64,000 nt of DNA, taken from contig CP143273.1 in the NCBI GenBank assembly GCA_051013385.1, positions 320,001 through 384,000 on the forward strand. Direction: 5' to 3'. This DNA comes from Phormidium sp. GTDB lineage: Bacteria > Cyanobacteriota > Cyanobacteriia > Cyanobacteriales > Aerosakkonemataceae. A model generated the notes under the pieces. The model made no database searches and had not been told where the DNA came from. It worked only from the letters and a program-made list of their open reading frames with translations. Positions within the stretch are counted from its first letter, which is position 1. Each line of letters opens with the position of its first letter. This document shows positions 58,828 through 64,000 of this stretch, piece after piece. The translations under genes and the position numbers were made by a program.

Positions 58828-60630
58828 CTAACACTTGGGTTTATTTAAGATTGGCGCGATTTTCTGGCGGAATATCTGCCATGCAGAAACAGCATCAGGT
58901 TTAGATTTTACTGCCTTCTGCATAAGAATAACTCCATCTTCAAAGCCAATTATTCCGTATAACCCATTACCAAATAGTTTATCAATAGTTCGCACGCTAT
59001 CTTGTAAAATTTGGCAATCAGTTTTAAAGGCAACTTGGTATTTATTTAATTGCCATAAATCTGCGATCGCATAATCTACACTTACCACCTCTTTGAGATC
59101 GTTAGTAAACTGTAAAGCTGGAAACCTAATAATCTCCCGCCTTCCAGATAAATGAGGCACTATATAAGTAGTTGCTGCCACACTTTCATCTGCTGGAATT
59201 CTATCTAATAGGTTACGGATACTACCTGCGTGCTTCCACTGAACATTTATTGGTATATATACCAAAGGGCGAAATGAGTCTGGTACAAGGAAAGATAAAG
59301 TACGATTTGGGTTAGAAGTGAAAGTAAACACCAGCGAAAGGCAGATACAAATTATCCAAAACCTCTGTATAGATAATTTCAGCAATTTCGGGTGTTTTTC
59401 CCAGCAATTTACCAACTTACCAATTGTTTCTTCCACACCCCGAAAAATTGGGTAAGCAAAGAAATGACGTAGGGAAATTAAACCACCAGCGATTAAATCT
59501 CTGACAGGCGCATCAATTAATTTTTCTCTTCCTGCTGCCCACCAAAGAATTGTACCGTAGCAAAGTCCCGGAACCACAGTCATCGCATAGCGAATATTAA
59601 TTGCTAGTACAGACTGTCCTTGACCCAACAGTAATTTTAGCAGCGGAAAACCTGCGATCGCCCAAGCCGAGGGAGAAAAAGCGGGAACAAAAGCAAAAGG
59701 CAACCAATGTGCCAAAAAATAAGTGATAGTTCGGTCTAAAGGCGTAACTAATTCTACAAACAACCGCCAAGGATTCGTAACCATTCCCCAGATAATTTCT
59801 ACAGTAGAAGCCTCAGTTCCCTCGGCATACTGACCAAACCTTTCCATCATAAATCGTTGGGAAATATCCGCCGAAAATATTGGCATGATTAGGTTAGTCA
59901 ACACCAGCATATAACCAAAAGCCAGAACACAAACCCCTAAACCAATCCGAGGAAACCTCCGACTAGCTATCATGTAAAAACCGACACCAAACAAACTGAC
60001 TCCCCCATCTTCCCTGACTGCTAAAATTAGAACTGCCAATAAACCAAACAGCCACCACCAACGTTTTTCCATCGCCAAAAGCAACCCAAACATAAATAAG
60101 GGGATTTGGCAGATATCATGGAAGTTAGAGAGAGTAGGGCCGATAATTGCGTTAGCACCATAAAAACCAAAAGTAATTATTGTTGCTAGACGTGGTTGCA
60201 GATATTGTCTAGCCAAGGAGTACAAAACTAAACCAGCAACAGTAACCAAAGTAACCTGCAATACAGTCAAGGTTGTAGGAGCGGGAAACAATGAATACAA
60301 GGGAATCCAGAGCAACAAAGCTGGTGTGAAATGCTGCCCTAATCTGTGATAAAACACAGACGGTACTTCACCGTTGTGGACTACGTTCGTCGATAACTGG
60401 GAGGACAGAGAACTTTGAAAAAATCGACCGTGAATACCATTCCAAAAAACCTGATTAAATATTCCTTGGTCGTAGGAGGCGTAAAACGTGAAATAACGAT
60501 GCAGAGTCAAACCCAACATCAGCACGAAAAACGCGATCGCTACAGCAATCACCCCTCTTGAATAGGGATGTTTCCTCCCGTTTAGTACCATCACTCGCTT
60601 AACATTCAACGCCGATGATAAGCCTCTCAC
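58828..60630 (-). CDS. DUF2079 membrane protein (GT-C-like)
   Basis: YDQGIFNQ..WN, LGQHFTP, NFHD, RED motifs; start uncertain. Confidence 0.82.
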   Translation of the reverse strand: MRGLSSALNVKRVMVLNGRKHPYSRGVIAVAIAFFVLMLGLTLHRYFTFYASYDQGIFNQVFWNGIHGRFFQSSLSSQLSTNVVHNGEVPSVFYHRLGQHFTPALLLWIPLYSLFPAPTTLTVLQVTLVTVAGLVLYSLARQYLQPRLATIITFGFYGANAIIGPTLSNFHDICQIPLFMFGLLLAMEKRWWWLFGLLAVLILAVREDGGVSLFGVGFYMIASRRFPRIGLGVCVLAFGYMLVLTNLIMPIFSADISQRFMMERFGQYAEGTEASTVEIIWGMVTNPWRLFVELVTPLDRTITYFLAHWLPFAFVPAFSPSAWAIAGFPLLKLLLGQGQSVLAINIRYAMTVVPGLCYGTILWWAAGREKLIDAPVRDLIAGGLISLRHFFAYPIFRGVEETIGKLVNCWEKHPKLLKLSIQRFWIICICLSLVFTFTSNPNRTLSFLVPDSFRPLVYIPINVQWKHAGSIRNLLDRIPADESVAATTYIVPHLSGRREIIRFPALQFTNDLKEVVSVDYAIADLWQLNKYQVAFKTDCQILQDSVRTIDKLFGNGLYGIIGFEDGVILMQKAVKSKPDAVSAWQIFRQKIAPILNKPKC

Positions 60631-60847
60631 ATTGCTTTCAATTACTCAAGAGACTAACCACAATGCTTTTACCACCCCCGTTCTGAGATGGCATAGCCAC
60701 TTTCGGGTCAAAATCAATAAGTTTTCAATAGTACCAGGCTCCCTAAGTACCCAAAACGCGATAGCTTATAGATATAGGAGCTATGGGTAAGCTATTCTAC
60801 CTGGAACAGGTTTCGCGATCGTCAACTTCTAGAAAAGGTTTAACAAT

Positions 60848-62029
60848 TTGTCCGCCGTGGTGAATAGAGATTGCATACCAGCAGATGCTGAAAAATTAAC
60901 TCATCCCCAAACGCCTCTACAGCTATTATTATTTGTAGACCAGCGTCCGAGTTCCCATGAGCAACTACAGCGGCTTCTTGTCTATCTAGAACATCTCAGG
61001 AGTGATTACCCCTTTGAACTTGAGATAGTCGATGTTGGACAACAACCATACCTCGCCGAACACTTCAAACTAGTAGCAACCCCAGCCTTAGTCAAAATTC
61101 ACCCACCACCACGCCAAACACTAGCTGGAAGTAATTTACTCTGTCAGTTACAAGATTGGTGGCCTCGTTGGAAAAATAGTGCCGAAGATTACGTAAAACT
61201 GCACGAATGGCCTAACAGTAATACTCAAAATACCCCTTGCTTTGCTGACTTTGCCGAACTGATTCGCCTCTCGGAAGAAATATTTCGCTTAAAGAAAGAG
61301 AAAGAGGAATTGCAACAGCAATTGCAGTTTAAAGACCGCATCATTGCCATGTTAGCTCACGATCTTCGCAACCCCCTAACCGCTTCCTTAATCGCCCTAG
61401 AAACATTACAATCTAATTACAACATTGAAACAGGATTCAGCCCCAAATTATCACCCGCTTTAATCATGCGTTTAATTAAACAAGCGCGGATACAATCTCT
61501 CAATATCGAACGGCTGATTACTGATATTTTACAAGCAGCACAGGGAAGTTGTGCCGAACTGCGTATTTTACCGAAAAAGCTAGACTTAGCTGTACTTTGT
61601 AAGGATGTAATCGATTGTTTAAAACATCGATTTGAAAGCAAATCTCAAGACTTGAAAACTGATATTCCCAATGACCTTCCTTTGGTTTATGCTGACCCAG
61701 AAAGAGTGCGTCAAGTGTTAGTAAATCTTTTGGATAACGCCAACAAATATACTCCCGAAGGTGGCACAATTGAAATTTGTATCTTACATCGAACTACCCA
61801 AAAAGTTCAGGTCAGTGTAGGTGACAATGGGCTAGGTGTGCCTGAAGAAGACCGCGAAGCTATTTTTGAAGAACACTACCGCCTCAAGCGAGACAAAGAT
61901 AAAGAAGGATACGGAATTGGTTTATCTCTTTGTCAACGTATTATTCGTGCTCACTATGGTCGAATCTGGGTAGATTCTGTGGCAAAAGGTGGTAGTTGTT
62001 TTAGTTTTACTCTTCCTGTTTATCGTTAG
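60848..62029 (+). CDS. sasA: Adaptive-response sensory kinase SasA
   Basis: KaiB-like N-domain ([26 protein letters not shown]), [14 protein letters not shown]. Confidence 0.93.
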   Translation: MSAVVNRDCIPADAEKLTHPQTPLQLLLFVDQRPSSHEQLQRLLVYLEHLRSDYPFELEIVDVGQQPYLAEHFKLVATPALVKIHPPPRQTLAGSNLLCQLQDWWPRWKNSAEDYVKLHEWPNSNTQNTPCFADFAELIRLSEEIFRLKKEKEELQQQLQFKDRIIAMLAHDLRNPLTASLIALETLQSNYNIETGFSPKLSPALIMRLIKQARIQSLNIERLITDILQAAQGSCAELRILPKKLDLAVLCKDVIDCLKHRFESKSQDLKTDIPNDLPLVYADPERVRQVLVNLLDNANKYTPEGGTIEICILHRTTQKVQVSVGDNGLGVPEEDREAIFEEHYRLKRDKDKEGYGIGLSLCQRIIRAHYGRIWVDSVAKGGSCFSFTLPVYR

Positions 62030-62098
62030 TCATTTGTCATTTGTCATTTGTCATTTGTCATTGGTAAAGAGATTGACGAATGACTTTCATAAGCATTA

Positions 62099-62509
62099 TC
62101 AAATCTCTTTTAAAGCTTGAATAATTTGTAAATTAGCTATGGGAAATTCATAACTAGGTAATTCATTCACCGTCACCCAGCGAATTTCATCACATTCTAT
62201 TGGCTGAGGTTCTCCACTTTTATGACGGCAATGATAAACATTTAAAGTTACATGAAATTGACTATAAGTGTGGTCAATAGTAATTAAATGATCGCCTATT
62301 TCTACCCCAATTGCTAACTCTTCTTGAATTTCTCTTTTAATACAATCTTGTACAGTTTCGCCCGGTTCTAACTTGCCACCCGGAAACTCCCACAATCCTC
62401 CCATTAATCCTTCTTTTCGACGGCGATCGATCAAAATTTTACCTTGTTCATTCCAAATAACTGCAACACCAATGTTTTTGTGAGGTAGGGGGGGAATATT
62501 TTCTAACAT
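62099..62509 (-). CDS. mutT: 8-oxo-dGTP diphosphatase
   Basis: WEFPGGK.EPGE...C..REI.EEL Nudix box, FP.AN. Confidence 0.9.
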   Translation of the reverse strand: MLENIPPLPHKNIGVAVIWNEQGKILIDRRRKEGLMGGLWEFPGGKLEPGETVQDCIKREIQEELAIGVEIGDHLITIDHTYSQFHVTLNVYHCRHKSGEPQPIECDEIRWVTVNELPSYEFPIANLQIIQALKEI

Positions 62510-62738
62510 AGGCAGGGGGGCAGGGGGGCAGGGGAGCGGGGGAGCAGGGGAGCTTCAGAAGAGGATTAGGATAATGTTTCCATTAATGGTTGATATCCCT
62601 ACTTTCTTAATTTTCAGAAAGTGGGGAAAATAGGGGAAGTTTTTTAGACAAAAAGTTTAGTAATTAAAAGGTTTTTTCTGGGTAATTTGAATTTCTATTC
62701 AGGCAAGCAATTAAGTTAGCTCATCCTCTGCGATCGCA

Positions 62739-63083
62739 CTATTGAGCTTCTGAAGAGTTGGCTTCTGTTGCTTGTAAAGACTTCTCGAAAGCCATTCTTT
62801 GTTCCGCATTCCGCAGAAAATAACCGCTAATCATCGCTGACGCTAATAGCCTTCCTAAATGTTCCCGATTAGTGGTAATGGTAATCCCAAATTGTTCGGA
62901 AGGTAAATTTCCCAAAAGTCCCACTATATTACGTTCCATTACCTGAAATACATCCCCAGATGTGGGTTTAGAGAGTTGGGCGATCGTTTCTGGGCTCAGG
63001 GATTGTACGTATTGCCACAGCCAATTATTTGATTCTGGCTCATCTCCAGAAAATTCGGGGAATCGATTGGATGGATGTTTCAC
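62739..63083 (-). CDS. DUF760 domain protein
   Basis: L.QYVQSL.PE, NI.GLLG.LP..F, RE.L.RLLASAM..GYFLR..EQR. Confidence 0.9.
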   Translation of the reverse strand: MKHPSNRFPEFSGDEPESNNWLWQYVQSLSPETIAQLSKPTSGDVFQVMERNIVGLLGNLPSEQFGITITTNREHLGRLLASAMISGYFLRNAEQRMAFEKSLQATEANSSEAQ

Positions 63084-63299
63084 TTTGTTATCTCCCTTTT
63101 ACTTGCAGCCTCTTAAGTTTTTGCTTGAGATGTCTTGGCAGCAGTCTATGGTTCTGGTACTAAAATGACTAGCTAAGAGTTTCTGTTTCACTACTCTAGC
63201 AGTCTATTTATGAAAATGGCATCTTTTCAATTTGAAAATTCAAAATTCCAAATGAAGAAATCCACTGATTAACAGTATTATTTCAGTGAATTTCCCCTT

Positions 63300-64000
<701 letters not shown>

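Noticed and set aside
60787..60800. GTA-N8-TAC upstream of sasA
   Set aside because: No supporting -10 element or flanking consensus.

Overview
Chromosomal region of a filamentous cyanobacterium. This is inferred from abundant HIP1 GCGATCGC, heptamer STRR tracts, sasA, sipA, a CAAD protein and a cyanobacterial LexA box. Bases 1-4750 are a decayed accessory island: desaturase fragment, HTH-AAA_35 protein, broken vapBC, truncated DNA methylase and a polA fragment that ends at half of a palindromic repeat. A four-level nest of mobile elements (IS605 remnant > IS4-type MITE > REP > 24-nt insert) precedes a large, extended beta-CASP nuclease gene. Next come frmA, MBL hydrolase, AAC(3) and PaaK-like genes, then nine co-oriented minus-strand genes including hydroxysteroid-dehydrogenase-like SDRs. 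Two GH13 genes are bracketed by a 128-bp duplication, followed by gap1-ldhA and a CBCR hybrid kinase. The right half holds riboswitch-cbiX, sipA, ampG, lexA, argF, an accessory patch (aspartyl protease pair, divergent orphan QueC, HTH), a split photolyase-like pair, iscS, malQ, GH13, GT4, sasA, mutT and a partial group 2 sigma factor. No rRNA, tRNA or CRISPR array was seen. All calls are from motif recognition by eye; no database searches were run.
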